From NCBI GenBank assembly GCA_015063545.1, contig SVTX01000001.1, forward strand, positions 1,842 through 65,841: DNA of 64,000 nt, in the 5' to 3' direction. Both the position numbers and the translations under genes were made by a program. The stretch comes from Oscillospiraceae bacterium. GTDB taxonomy: Bacteria; Bacillota; Clostridia; Oscillospirales; CAG-272. Position 1 is the first letter of the stretch. Each line of letters begins with the position of its first letter. Of the stretch, positions 7,204 to 16,440 are shown piece after piece. The notes under the pieces were generated by a model that did not search any database, had not been told where the DNA came from, and worked only from the letters and a program-made list of their open reading frames with translations.

Positions 7204-9717
7204 TTATATTTTTTGGACTTTGCGAGTTCTTCTGAGAATGAATGAGCATATTCCTGCCGCAAGTATTGCAATGGGAATTACTGCGATAATTACCACACTC
7301 CACATGCGCGGGATGGGTGCGAGCTTTTGTGCTGTGCCGGATGTGCCACCTTCATTTCCAAAATCAAGGAATTGTCCGGTAACGTCAATGGAGTCTATGG
7401 TAAGACTTGTTTCAAAATCATCCGCGCCGCCAACGTATGACAGGGTTGCGAGCAGGTAATAAATATTTATCGGTCTGCTTTTAAGATATGCATCTGTGAA
7501 TGCTTCATATGACGAGAACCAGAACAGATTTGCTGCCTCTCCCGAAGATCCTATGGTTTTTTCTGCTATCCATCCCGGGAAGAAGGTTCTGTCGTTGTCT
7601 GTAGATGCCTCATCGTTTATCACAAGCGCCGCCTGATCGGATGTCGCAAACAATTCCGTTAACGTTACATTCTTTGGGACATTTGTGTACTTGGTTATGG
7701 GATGAGTGTTGGGAAAACGAGGCTTTGTGGATACTTGCTTTCCGTAGTATGCGTCTTCAACGAATTGAATAAGCTCATGTCCTGTATTGGTTTTAAGAAT
7801 AAGGTCGTACTGCTCACCGTTGTGCTGATAATGGTCCTTGTGTGTGTCGTGAATTATACCGTTTGCCGCTGTCATTCCGTATGCTTGCGTTACGGTAAGA
7901 AGATTGGGATAAAGCGCATTTTCGGGCGCGGTTATAAGTATAACGTCGCCGCCGCGGTCAAGGTAATCAATTATCTTTGCCGCGTCACTCTCACTTAGAT
8001 CCTGTTGGGGAGCACAAATAACGAGAGCAGAGCAGATACTGGGAACGCTATCGTGATTCGCAAGATGTAGGTCTTTATAGATTATGTTCGAGTATTTGAG
8101 ATTGTTGTAGAATTCGGCGGAGATGGGGCGTTCGCCGTGCCCTACAAGGGTGTAGACGGTATCTACCTCATCCAAAATTACGTATTCGATTGCCGATGCT
8201 ACGATTTTGTCAGCATCAAAGAATTTTGAATACTGTATCTGTGAGACGTCGTATCCTTGATTTGCGCAGTATTCTACATAGGATGCGAATTCCGACTCAG
8301 TGAAGCTCTTGTTACCTATGCGGTAGTGATAAAATTCAGACGAGTCGACAACCTTATGACGCTTGGAACTTTCAACTATAATGCTGTAATTATTGACGGG
8401 ATACTGTCCTGCGTCATTGGTTTTGTTGTATGCAATTCCCATATATTTTTCGGTAAATTCGGGGTGCTTGGATACGTTTACTATCTTGTATTTGATCTTG
8501 GAATTTGCCATGTTATATTTTTTGAGTACGGACTCTATTGCAGGGTCGGAAATACCCGATTCGCATAAAAGATATACCGTTACGGACTCATCAACGGATT
8601 TTGCAAATTTCTTTGATTCATCCGAAATCGAGTAAAGTCCTTTTCCAGACGCGTCGAACGTGGTGTGACCCGAGGGAATAAGATGTATTGCCACGTTAGT
8701 TATTGATACAACAGCTAAGAGCACCGCGCAGGCAATAACGGATTTCTGAACAGAGGTCTTGTGCTTAGCTCTTGCAGATTCCGAGTCGAGTCGTGTGACT
8801 TTTGCATCTCCCAATGAAATTTTGTAAAATCTTCTGTAAAGCAAGAACAGTAAAACTGCGACCAAGGACAAAAGATATACGATATCTGCGATATCCACCA
8901 CACCTTGCGCAAAGATCTTGAGTCTCTCGTAGGGAGATACGAACACGAAAAATTTATACATTGCCATAACGAAAGTCTTTTCCGCGACAATAGAAGTTAT
9001 TGCCGTTGGAATTATTATCGCGCCGAAAGCAATTCCGCCGATGTATAATTTTTTGGATATTCTCCATGCAATAATTCCCACGATGATGCCAATGATAACA
9101 ATTGCCGCAAATGCGATGGTTACGGTCATGTAGATCTTGGGAAAACGGTTTTGCAGCCATGCTGTCATTTTGAGATTAGGCAATATTGAGAGCAGAGTTG
9201 CACCCGAGAAAAGAATTGCTAACGCAAATATTCCCATAAGCAATGAGCCTACCGCCGTTTTGGCAAATGAGTTCAGCAGCATGCATATGGCAATAAGCAC
9301 CGCGCCCATCAAAAAATACGCCAGTACTGACGCGTATGAGGAAGCAAGGCTCACATCTCCGAACATTGAAAGGATTGCGGGGATTATGAGCATTACGATA
9401 CAGGGTATTGCAAACACAAACAAAGCCGCAAAATACTTGCCCATAACGATGCTCAAAGGCTTTATGGGCAACGAAAGAAGGAACTTGTCGTTCCCGCTTT
9501 TTCTTTCTTGACAGAAAGAGAACATGCACAAGAAGGGAACGGTTATGACGGTTGCCATGGCGATAGCGATTATTCCGTACTCAAACTGAGGAATTTTCTG
9601 TGAAAAGTTATATACGCATGCAAAGATTCCTATTACAGCTACGGATATTGCCATAAATATTGCGCCGAACAGATTTGTAAAGTGAGCTTTAAGCTCACGT
9701 CTGAATATCACTCCCAT
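7204..9717 (-). CDS. fused ABC-2-type permease (GldF-like) and GldG-like extracytoplasmic domain protein
   Basis: 837 aa. About six N-terminal TM helices are followed by a roughly 480-aa soluble region and a C-terminal TM helix (VVIIAVIPIAILAAGICSFIL). Its ATG overlaps the stop of the upstream ATPase gene (TAATG). Confidence 0.6.
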   Translation of the reverse strand: MGVIFRRELKAHFTNLFGAIFMAISVAVIGIFACVYNFSQKIPQFEYGIIAIAMATVITVPFLCMFSFCQERKSGNDKFLLSLPIKPLSIVMGKYFAALFVFAIPCIVMLIIPAILSMFGDVSLASSYASVLAYFLMGAVLIAICMLLNSFAKTAVGSLLMGIFALAILFSGATLLSILPNLKMTAWLQNRFPKIYMTVTIAFAAIVIIGIIVGIIAWRISKKLYIGGIAFGAIIIPTAITSIVAEKTFVMAMYKFFVFVSPYERLKIFAQGVVDIADIVYLLSLVAVLLFLLYRRFYKISLGDAKVTRLDSESARAKHKTSVQKSVIACAVLLAVVSITNVAIHLIPSGHTTFDASGKGLYSISDESKKFAKSVDESVTVYLLCESGISDPAIESVLKKYNMANSKIKYKIVNVSKHPEFTEKYMGIAYNKTNDAGQYPVNNYSIIVESSKRHKVVDSSEFYHYRIGNKSFTESEFASYVEYCANQGYDVSQIQYSKFFDADKIVASAIEYVILDEVDTVYTLVGHGERPISAEFYNNLKYSNIIYKDLHLANHDSVPSICSALVICAPQQDLSESDAAKIIDYLDRGGDVILITAPENALYPNLLTVTQAYGMTAANGIIHDTHKDHYQHNGEQYDLILKTNTGHELIQFVEDAYYGKQVSTKPRFPNTHPITKYTNVPKNVTLTELFATSDQAALVINDEASTDNDRTFFPGWIAEKTIGSSGEAANLFWFSSYEAFTDAYLKSRPINIYYLLATLSYVGGADDFETSLTIDSIDVTGQFLDFGNEGGTSGTAQKLAPIPRMWSVVIIAVIPIAILAAGICSFILRRTRKVQKI

Positions 9718-10397
9718 TACTTATTTTCCTCCTCTATCGATTGCTCAGATTCATATGATATGCCGTCAAATCCGAGCTTTCCAAAAGAAAGAGTCACAGT
9801 TTTATGGCAAATGCTCGCTACGTTAAGATCACGGCTGGCAATGATGACAGTTTTTGAGTGAGATATCTTTTTGATCAATTTGAACGTGTCGGCGGCATCG
9901 TCTCCCGAAAGTCCGGCTGTCGGTCCATCAAGAAGCAGAACAAGGGGATTTCCGAGTAACGCCTGAGCAATTCCCAAACGAGCCTTGCCCTTAGCAGACA
10001 TGCGGAATATAAGAGTACGCCTCATAGCTCCGAGATCGGTAGCCGCCAGAGCCTTGGATACTGCCGCAGGAATGTCGTCATACGCAACGCCCTTGATTTC
10101 GGCTATAAACGACATGTATTCTTCCACGGTCATTCGGTCGTAAAATGGCATTTTTTCGGGCATGTATCCGACCATGCGTTTTGCCGCCATGGGATTTAGA
10201 TATATGTCGATGCCGTCAATTAGTATCTGTCCGTCGGTGATCTGCATACAGCCCGCAATAGCTTCCATGAGGGTGGATTTTCCCGAATCCTTATCGCCTA
10301 TAATGCCGTATACTGTGTTTTTCTCCACCTCAAAATTTATGTTGTCAAGCACGACTATATCTTTACGTTTTTGAGTCAAGTTATTTATACGTATCAA
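9717..10397 (-). CDS. ABC transporter ATP-binding protein with degenerate catalytic motifs
   Basis: Start assigned to TTG 10397, with GGAGG 8 nt upstream. Walker A GDKDSGKST is present. The signature is MSAKGKAR, Walker B is LLLDGPTAGL (no Glu), and the H-loop position reads ASRDL. Confidence 0.75.
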   Translation of the reverse strand: MIRINNLTQKRKDIVVLDNINFEVEKNTVYGIIGDKDSGKSTLMEAIAGCMQITDGQILIDGIDIYLNPMAAKRMVGYMPEKMPFYDRMTVEEYMSFIAEIKGVAYDDIPAAVSKALAATDLGAMRRTLIFRMSAKGKARLGIAQALLGNPLVLLLDGPTAGLSGDDAADTFKLIKKISHSKTVIIASRDLNVASICHKTVTLSFGKLGFDGISYESEQSIEEENK

Positions 10398-10532
10398 CTC
10401 TGATGCCTCCGCGAACGAATTATTCTGTAATATAATTATATCATAAATCCGGATTGTGTCAAGTGCATGATGAAATTTTGAGATTTTCGGCAATTTGGCA
10501 GTATTTGTCGCAAAAATTCTATATTATTCTCA

Positions 10533-10562
10533 TTGACAAAGATGCATGCCGTATGATATAAT
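10533..10562 (+). promoter_or_regulatory. sigma-A promoter for the glycogen operon
   Basis: TTGACA, 18 nt, then TATAAT with TGn (tgatataat). Confidence 0.5.
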
Positions 10563-10621
10563 TAAAAGTGATTAAAATTTGTAAAAAGATGTAAAAAATC
10601 AAGAGCTTATTCGGAGGTAGT

Positions 10622-12547
10622 ATGTCAGAAAAATATTATTCCGACCACCAATATCTGTTCCATCAGGGAACGTCATGCAACGCGCATGATTATTTGGGCG
10701 CGCATATCGTGGGAGATAAAATATTTTTCCGTGTGTGGGCACCCAATGCGGAGTGCGCGTATGTCGTGGGCAGTTTCAACTCATGGGACGACAGCTGTGA
10801 AATGTCACGCGTTACGGACATGGGTATCTGGGAGCTTTCCTTGCCCGCTGACAGAGTAAGCTTCGGAGATATCTACAAGTACAAATTTATCAATAAGGGC
10901 AGGGAAATATATAAATCCGATCCGTACGGTGTCAGAATGGACTCCCCACCTCATGCCGCAAGCATTATTTACGATATTGAAAGAGAGTACGCTTGGCATG
11001 ATGAGGGCTGGATGTCATACAGACGGCAGCTTTCGGATGAGGGATATTATTCTCAGCCTATGAACATATACGAGATCCACATGGGATCTTGGAAAAGACA
11101 CGAGGACGGCTCGTATTTCAATTACAAGGAAATGGCAGATGACTTAGCGCCCTATCTCAAGCAAATGGGATATACTCACGTAGAGCTTATGCCGGTATCA
11201 GAACACCCGTTTGACGGTTCTTGGGGATATCAGGTGGGAGGATATTTTGCCCCCACGTCCAGATTTGGCACGCCGCATCAACTTATGAATTTCGTGGATA
11301 TTATGCACACCGCGGGAATAGGTGTTATTATGGACTGGGTGCCTGCGCATTTTCCAAAGGATGCTTTTGGGCTTTATGAATTTGACGGACAGCCTCTGTA
11401 CGAATATCAGGGGGCGGACAGAATAGAGCACAGTGGATGGGGAACGAGACGTTTTGACGTGGGACGTCAAGAGGTGCAGTCATTCCTTGTGTCCAATGCA
11501 TTTTACTGGATAGAAAAATATCATATAGACGGCATCAGAGTAGATGCTGTGGCATCCATGCTTTATCTTGATTATGACAGAATGCCGGGCGAATGGATAC
11601 CGAATGTATACGGAGATAACAGATGTCTTGAAGCTATTGCCTTTTTCAAAAAATTGAATTCTGCTATCAAGGACAGACATCCCGATGTTTTGACTATAGC
11701 CGAGGAATCCGGAGCGCAGCTCAAGCTGACAGGGTTTGAAAATGACGGGCTTGGATTTGATATGAAGTGGAATATGGGCTGGATGAATGATACGCTGTTT
11801 TATGCGGAGAAGGATCCTGTATACAGAAAATATCACCATGATAAGATAACCTTTTCGCTGATGTATGCGTTTAGTGAAAAATTTGTGCTTCCGATATCGC
11901 ACGATGAGGTCGTTCATGGCAAAAAGTCTTTTGTGGATAAGATGCCGGGAGATTATTGGAGAAAGTTTGCTGGCGCGAGAGTATTTCTTGCATGGCAGAT
12001 GACGCATCCGGGCAAAAAGCTTACTTTTATGGGTAACGAGATAGCGCAGTTCAGAGAATGGGACTACGACGCATCCATTGAATGGTTCATGCTTGATTAC
12101 GATATGCACGCAAAATATCAGCTCTATTGCGCAAGGCTTAACAATTTTTATCTTCAACATCCCGAGCTTTGGCAGGTCGATGACGGTTGGGCAGGATTTC
12201 AGTGGATAAATGCCGATGACAGAGACAGAAGTATAATTTCTTACAGGCGTATCGCAAAAAACGGGAAAGAGCTTATAATGGTTCTCAATTTTACGCCGGA
12301 AACCTACGAGAATTTCGCGTTGCCGGTGCCGCAACAGGGAGTATACACCGAGCTTTTCAATTCCGATGACAAAGAATACGGCGGAAGCGGAGTTACAAAT
12401 ACAGGCGCTCTTTTGCCAAGCAGCGAGGAAAACGGACAGCAGCTCGTGCATTTCAGAATGCCGCCGCTGGGTGCGGTCATACTGCACAGAACGGAACAGA
12501 CTCTTGAAGAAAAGAAGAAGTCAAGACGATCTAAGAAGACAAAGTAA
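10622..12547 (+). CDS. glgB: 1,4-alpha-glucan branching enzyme
   Basis: 641 aa GH13 enzyme with DWVPAHF, GIRVDAVASM, IAEES and SHDEVVHGK motifs. GGAGG RBS. Confidence 0.93.
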   Translation: MSEKYYSDHQYLFHQGTSCNAHDYLGAHIVGDKIFFRVWAPNAECAYVVGSFNSWDDSCEMSRVTDMGIWELSLPADRVSFGDIYKYKFINKGREIYKSDPYGVRMDSPPHAASIIYDIEREYAWHDEGWMSYRRQLSDEGYYSQPMNIYEIHMGSWKRHEDGSYFNYKEMADDLAPYLKQMGYTHVELMPVSEHPFDGSWGYQVGGYFAPTSRFGTPHQLMNFVDIMHTAGIGVIMDWVPAHFPKDAFGLYEFDGQPLYEYQGADRIEHSGWGTRRFDVGRQEVQSFLVSNAFYWIEKYHIDGIRVDAVASMLYLDYDRMPGEWIPNVYGDNRCLEAIAFFKKLNSAIKDRHPDVLTIAEESGAQLKLTGFENDGLGFDMKWNMGWMNDTLFYAEKDPVYRKYHHDKITFSLMYAFSEKFVLPISHDEVVHGKKSFVDKMPGDYWRKFAGARVFLAWQMTHPGKKLTFMGNEIAQFREWDYDASIEWFMLDYDMHAKYQLYCARLNNFYLQHPELWQVDDGWAGFQWINADDRDRSIISYRRIAKNGKELIMVLNFTPETYENFALPVPQQGVYTELFNSDDKEYGGSGVTNTGALLPSSEENGQQLVHFRMPPLGAVILHRTEQTLEEKKKSRRSKKTK

Positions 12548-12588
12548 AAAATAAATAATCACATTCATATAAAAAGGAGAGAGATGTT

Positions 12589-13776
12589 ATGTTCAAAAAG
12601 AAAGAATGCGTAGCCATGCTGCTTGCGGGCGGACAGGGCTCAAGACTTTACGCACTTACTACAAAGACGGCAAAGCCTGCGGTACAGTTTGGCGGAAAAT
12701 ACCGTATTATTGACTTTCCGCTTTCCAATTGTATAAATTCGGGCATTGATACCGTAGGAGTTCTCACTCAGTATCAGCCTCTTGTACTTAATGAATACAT
12801 CGGCAACGGACAGCCGTGGGATCTTGACCGTGTTTGGGGCGGAGTTACGGTGCTTCCTCCCTATCAGGGACAGAAATCCGCAGACTGGTACAAGGGAACG
12901 GCAAACGCTATATATCAGAACATGAAGTTCATAAATAGATATGACACAGAGCACGTAGTTATTCTTTCAGGTGACCACATCTACAAGATGGATTATGCAA
13001 AAATGCTTGCATATCACAAGGAAAAGAATGCAGACTGCACCATAGCCGTTATCGAAGTTCCCCTTGAGGAGGCAAGCCGTTTCGGCATCATGAGCGCATA
13101 TGAGGACGGAACTATATATAAATTCTCCGAAAAGCCCAAAAATCCCGACAGCACCAAGGCTTCTATGGGAATTTATATTTTCAGACGCGATAAGCTTGAA
13201 AAATATCTTACCGAGGATGATGCAGATCCCAATTCTTCAAACGACTTTGGAAAGAATATTATTCCCAACATGCTGGCGGCAGGAGAAAGAATGTTTGCGT
13301 ACGCGTTTGAGGGATATTGGAAGGACGTAGGAACCATTTCCTCTCTTTGGGAGGCAAATATGGATCTTCTCGGCAAAAAGCCCGTGCTTGATCTTTCATC
13401 CAGAGATTGGAAGATATATTCCAGACATTCTGCTCAAGGCCCTCAGTTTGTAGGCTCTGATGCCAAGATAGAGAATTGTTACATTACAGAAGGCTGTGAG
13501 ATATACGGAAGTGTTAAGAATTGTGTTATTGGCGCAGGCGTAAAGATAGAAGCGGGCGCATACGTTGAAGATTGCGTGCTCATGGGCGATATGACTATCG
13601 AAAGCGGTGCGGACGTAAGATATTCCATTATAGATGCAGGCGTAAGTATTGGCGCCAATGCCAAGGTGGGCGCTCCCCGTGAAAGCGCAAAGGGCGTTAC
13701 AGTAATAGGTGAAGGCGTAGAGATAAAGAGTGGCGCAGTTGTTGAGGACGGCGCTATGATGAGCGATTCAAACTGA
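12589..13776 (+). CDS. glgC: glucose-1-phosphate adenylyltransferase, catalytic subunit
   Basis: [11 protein letters not shown]...[16 protein letters not shown]-terminus and a left-handed beta-helix C-terminus. Confidence 0.93.
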   Translation: MFKKKECVAMLLAGGQGSRLYALTTKTAKPAVQFGGKYRIIDFPLSNCINSGIDTVGVLTQYQPLVLNEYIGNGQPWDLDRVWGGVTVLPPYQGQKSADWYKGTANAIYQNMKFINRYDTEHVVILSGDHIYKMDYAKMLAYHKEKNADCTIAVIEVPLEEASRFGIMSAYEDGTIYKFSEKPKNPDSTKASMGIYIFRRDKLEKYLTEDDADPNSSNDFGKNIIPNMLAAGERMFAYAFEGYWKDVGTISSLWEANMDLLGKKPVLDLSSRDWKIYSRHSAQGPQFVGSDAKIENCYITEGCEIYGSVKNCVIGAGVKIEAGAYVEDCVLMGDMTIESGADVRYSIIDAGVSIGANAKVGAPRESAKGVTVIGEGVEIKSGAVVEDGAMMSDSN

Positions 13777-13794
13777 TAGGAGGGAGAAGAAGAT

Positions 13795-14925
13795 ATGACA
13801 ACGGCAGGACTTATTTTTGCAAATATTCACGATAATACCATTCCTGAGCTTACACGCACGAGAAGCATGGCATCCGTGCCCTTTGGCGCAAGATACAGAC
13901 TTATCGATTTCATGCTTTCCAACATGGTAAATTCGGGTATTACCAAGGTTGGTATAATTGCCAACAATAACTATGAATCTCTCCTTGACCATCTCGGAAC
14001 AGGCAAGGACTGGGATCTTGCAAGACGTTCGGGTGGAATAAAGATACTTCCTCCCCATATAACATCGTTTGATAACACCACTACCGGTATATCCTCATCA
14101 AGACTTGAGGCTATAATCGGCGCGGCTAACTTTATCAACAGATGTAAAGAGGATTATCTCGTAATGGCGGATTGCGACGTTATTTGCAATATCGACCTTA
14201 CAAAGGCCATAGCGGCTCACGATAAGAGTGGCGCGGATATAACTTTTGTTACGCAGACAAAGGACCTTGCGGGAGTTGTTTCTGCAGAGAAGATCACGGT
14301 AATCGATGCTGATGAGGAGGGCAGAGTTACCGAATTTTCCGAAAAAAAGGTGTTTGAGGGCAAAACCCGTGTATATACAAACATAATGATAGTAAAGCGC
14401 ACTTATCTTGTAAGCATTATGGAAAACTCCATGGCTCACGGATATACAAGATTTTTGCATGATATACTTTCACGTTCAATAGGCACGGCAGATTACAGAA
14501 TATATGAGTACGACGGATTTTACGGAAGCATCAATTCCATGGAAACGTATTTCTCGTGCTCCATGCAGATACTTGAGCCCAAGGTAAGAGAGAACCTTTT
14601 CGGCAAGAAAAATTACCCTGTGCTCACCAAGGTGCGTAACTCTGCGCCCACACGGTACTGTGACGGAGCTAAGGTAACAAACTCTGTTATAGCTGACGGA
14701 TGTGTTATTGAGGGAACTGTTGAAAATTCCATAATATTCAGAGGTGTTCACGTTTGTCCCGGAGCCGTGGTCAAAAACTCCATACTTTTCCAGGATACTT
14801 ATGTTTGCTCTAACGCGACACTGAATTGTGTTATCGCAGACAAAAATGTTATGGTAAGAGAGGGCAGAGTGCTTTCAGGTCACGAGACCATGCCTTTCTT
14901 TATAGGCAAGTGCATAACAGTCTGA
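13795..14925 (+). CDS. glgD: glucose-1-phosphate adenylyltransferase, GlgD subunit
   Basis: GlgC paralogue lacking the GGxGxRL motif (LTRTRSMASVPFGARYRLIDF). It occupies the Firmicute glgC-glgD position. Confidence 0.88.
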   Translation: MTTAGLIFANIHDNTIPELTRTRSMASVPFGARYRLIDFMLSNMVNSGITKVGIIANNNYESLLDHLGTGKDWDLARRSGGIKILPPHITSFDNTTTGISSSRLEAIIGAANFINRCKEDYLVMADCDVICNIDLTKAIAAHDKSGADITFVTQTKDLAGVVSAEKITVIDADEEGRVTEFSEKKVFEGKTRVYTNIMIVKRTYLVSIMENSMAHGYTRFLHDILSRSIGTADYRIYEYDGFYGSINSMETYFSCSMQILEPKVRENLFGKKNYPVLTKVRNSAPTRYCDGAKVTNSVIADGCVIEGTVENSIIFRGVHVCPGAVVKNSILFQDTYVCSNATLNCVIADKNVMVREGRVLSGHETMPFFIGKCITV

Positions 14926-14952
14926 TCTGATTGGATTATAGGAGAAGTAATT

Positions 14953-16395
14953 ATGAAAAAAATACTTTTTGTAGGAGCTGAAACTATGCCGTTTGCCGCT
15001 ACAGGCGGACTTGGCGACGTAATGGGCTCTTTGCCCGCTGCTATTAAGGCAAAGGAAAAGGGCGAGGTGGATGTAAGAGTTGTAATGCCACTTTACTCCA
15101 TGGTATCTGAAAAGTGGAGAGAACAGATGACAGACGAGGCTGTATTTACTGTTCAACTTTCTTGGAGAAATCAGTACTGCGGAGTGAAAAGCCTTGTCAA
15201 GGATGGAGTAAAGTACTATTTCATAGACAACGAATATTACTTTGCTCGCGAAGGTCTGTACGGATTTTTTGATGACGGCGAAAGATATGCGTATTTTTGC
15301 AAGGCAGTTATGGAAATGCTTGCGCATATAGACTTTTATCCCGATGTACTTCACGCAAACGATTGGCAGTCTGCTATGTCGGTGGTATATCTTAATACAA
15401 AGTACCGTTACAGGGAAGGTTATGACGGCATAAAGACGGTATTTACCATACACAATATCGAGTATCAGGGAAAGTATGACTTTTCAATACTCGGAGACGT
15501 GTTTGATCTCGGTCCGGAGCATTATTCTCTCATGAAATATGACGATTGCATCAACCTTATGAAAGCGGCAGTCGAATGTGCGGATCACGTAAGCACCGTA
15601 AGCCCTAAGTATGCCGAGGAGATCAGAGGATGGGAATATTCTCACGGACTTTACCATATTCTTGACAGAAACAGCTACAAGCTTTCGGGAATACTCAACG
15701 GCATAGATTACGACTATTACAATCCCTCAAAGGATACGGCTATAGTCAAGAATTTTGACAGAAGAAGCTTTGTCAAAGGCAAGGCTGAAAACAAGATGGC
15801 GCTTCAGAGAGAGTACGGCTTGCCCGAAAGAGCAGACGTTCCTATGATAGCTATAATCTCACGTCTTGCAACTCACAAGGGACTGGACCTTGTACAGGAT
15901 ATAGCGTATAAGCTTGTACAGGAAAATGACGTACAGCTTGTAGTGCTTGGCAAGGGAGAAAAGAAATACGAGGACTTCTTCTGCGAATTGGAGAAAAATC
16001 ATCCCGACAAGGTGAAAGCTCTCATGCTTTATGACAGAGATCTGTCCAAGCGCATTTACGCGTCTGCGGATATATTTGTGATGCCCTCAAAGAGCGAGCC
16101 CTGTGGACTTTCGCAGATGATAGCATCCCGTTACGGGGCAATCCCGGTTGTAAGGGAAACGGGAGGACTTTATGATTCTATAAAGGGTTATTGGATATGT
16201 GACGGAGAGATCTGTGGAAACGGATTTACGTTTGCAAATTATTCATCCGATGAGCTTTATGACAGAATATGCGCGGCGCTGGCAGTTTACGCAGACAAGC
16301 CGCAGTATAAAAAATTTGCAAGCAAGATCATGGGAACGGATTTCTCATGGGAAGTATCAGCGGCAAAATATATGGAGATGTACGATCTCCTTTAA
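14953..16395 (+). CDS. glgA: glycogen synthase
   Basis: KILFVGAETMPFAATGGLGDV N-terminus and GT5 family features. Confidence 0.93.
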   Translation: MKKILFVGAETMPFAATGGLGDVMGSLPAAIKAKEKGEVDVRVVMPLYSMVSEKWREQMTDEAVFTVQLSWRNQYCGVKSLVKDGVKYYFIDNEYYFAREGLYGFFDDGERYAYFCKAVMEMLAHIDFYPDVLHANDWQSAMSVVYLNTKYRYREGYDGIKTVFTIHNIEYQGKYDFSILGDVFDLGPEHYSLMKYDDCINLMKAAVECADHVSTVSPKYAEEIRGWEYSHGLYHILDRNSYKLSGILNGIDYDYYNPSKDTAIVKNFDRRSFVKGKAENKMALQREYGLPERADVPMIAIISRLATHKGLDLVQDIAYKLVQENDVQLVVLGKGEKKYEDFFCELEKNHPDKVKALMLYDRDLSKRIYASADIFVMPSKSEPCGLSQMIASRYGAIPVVRETGGLYDSIKGYWICDGEICGNGFTFANYSSDELYDRICAALAVYADKPQYKKFASKIMGTDFSWEVSAAKYMEMYDLL

Positions 16396-16440
16396 TATCT
16401 CAACATTGTGACGGACGCGCCGCCACAGAAAGGTCTTTTA

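Noticed and set aside
11480-12487. A 335-aa minus-strand ORF within glgB. Similar cases are 17455..18600 (381 aa) within glgP and 14875..15453 within glgA.
   Set aside because: Each lies opposite a highly recognisable enzyme gene. They carry no motifs or RBS and are typical shadow ORFs in moderately AT-rich coding DNA.
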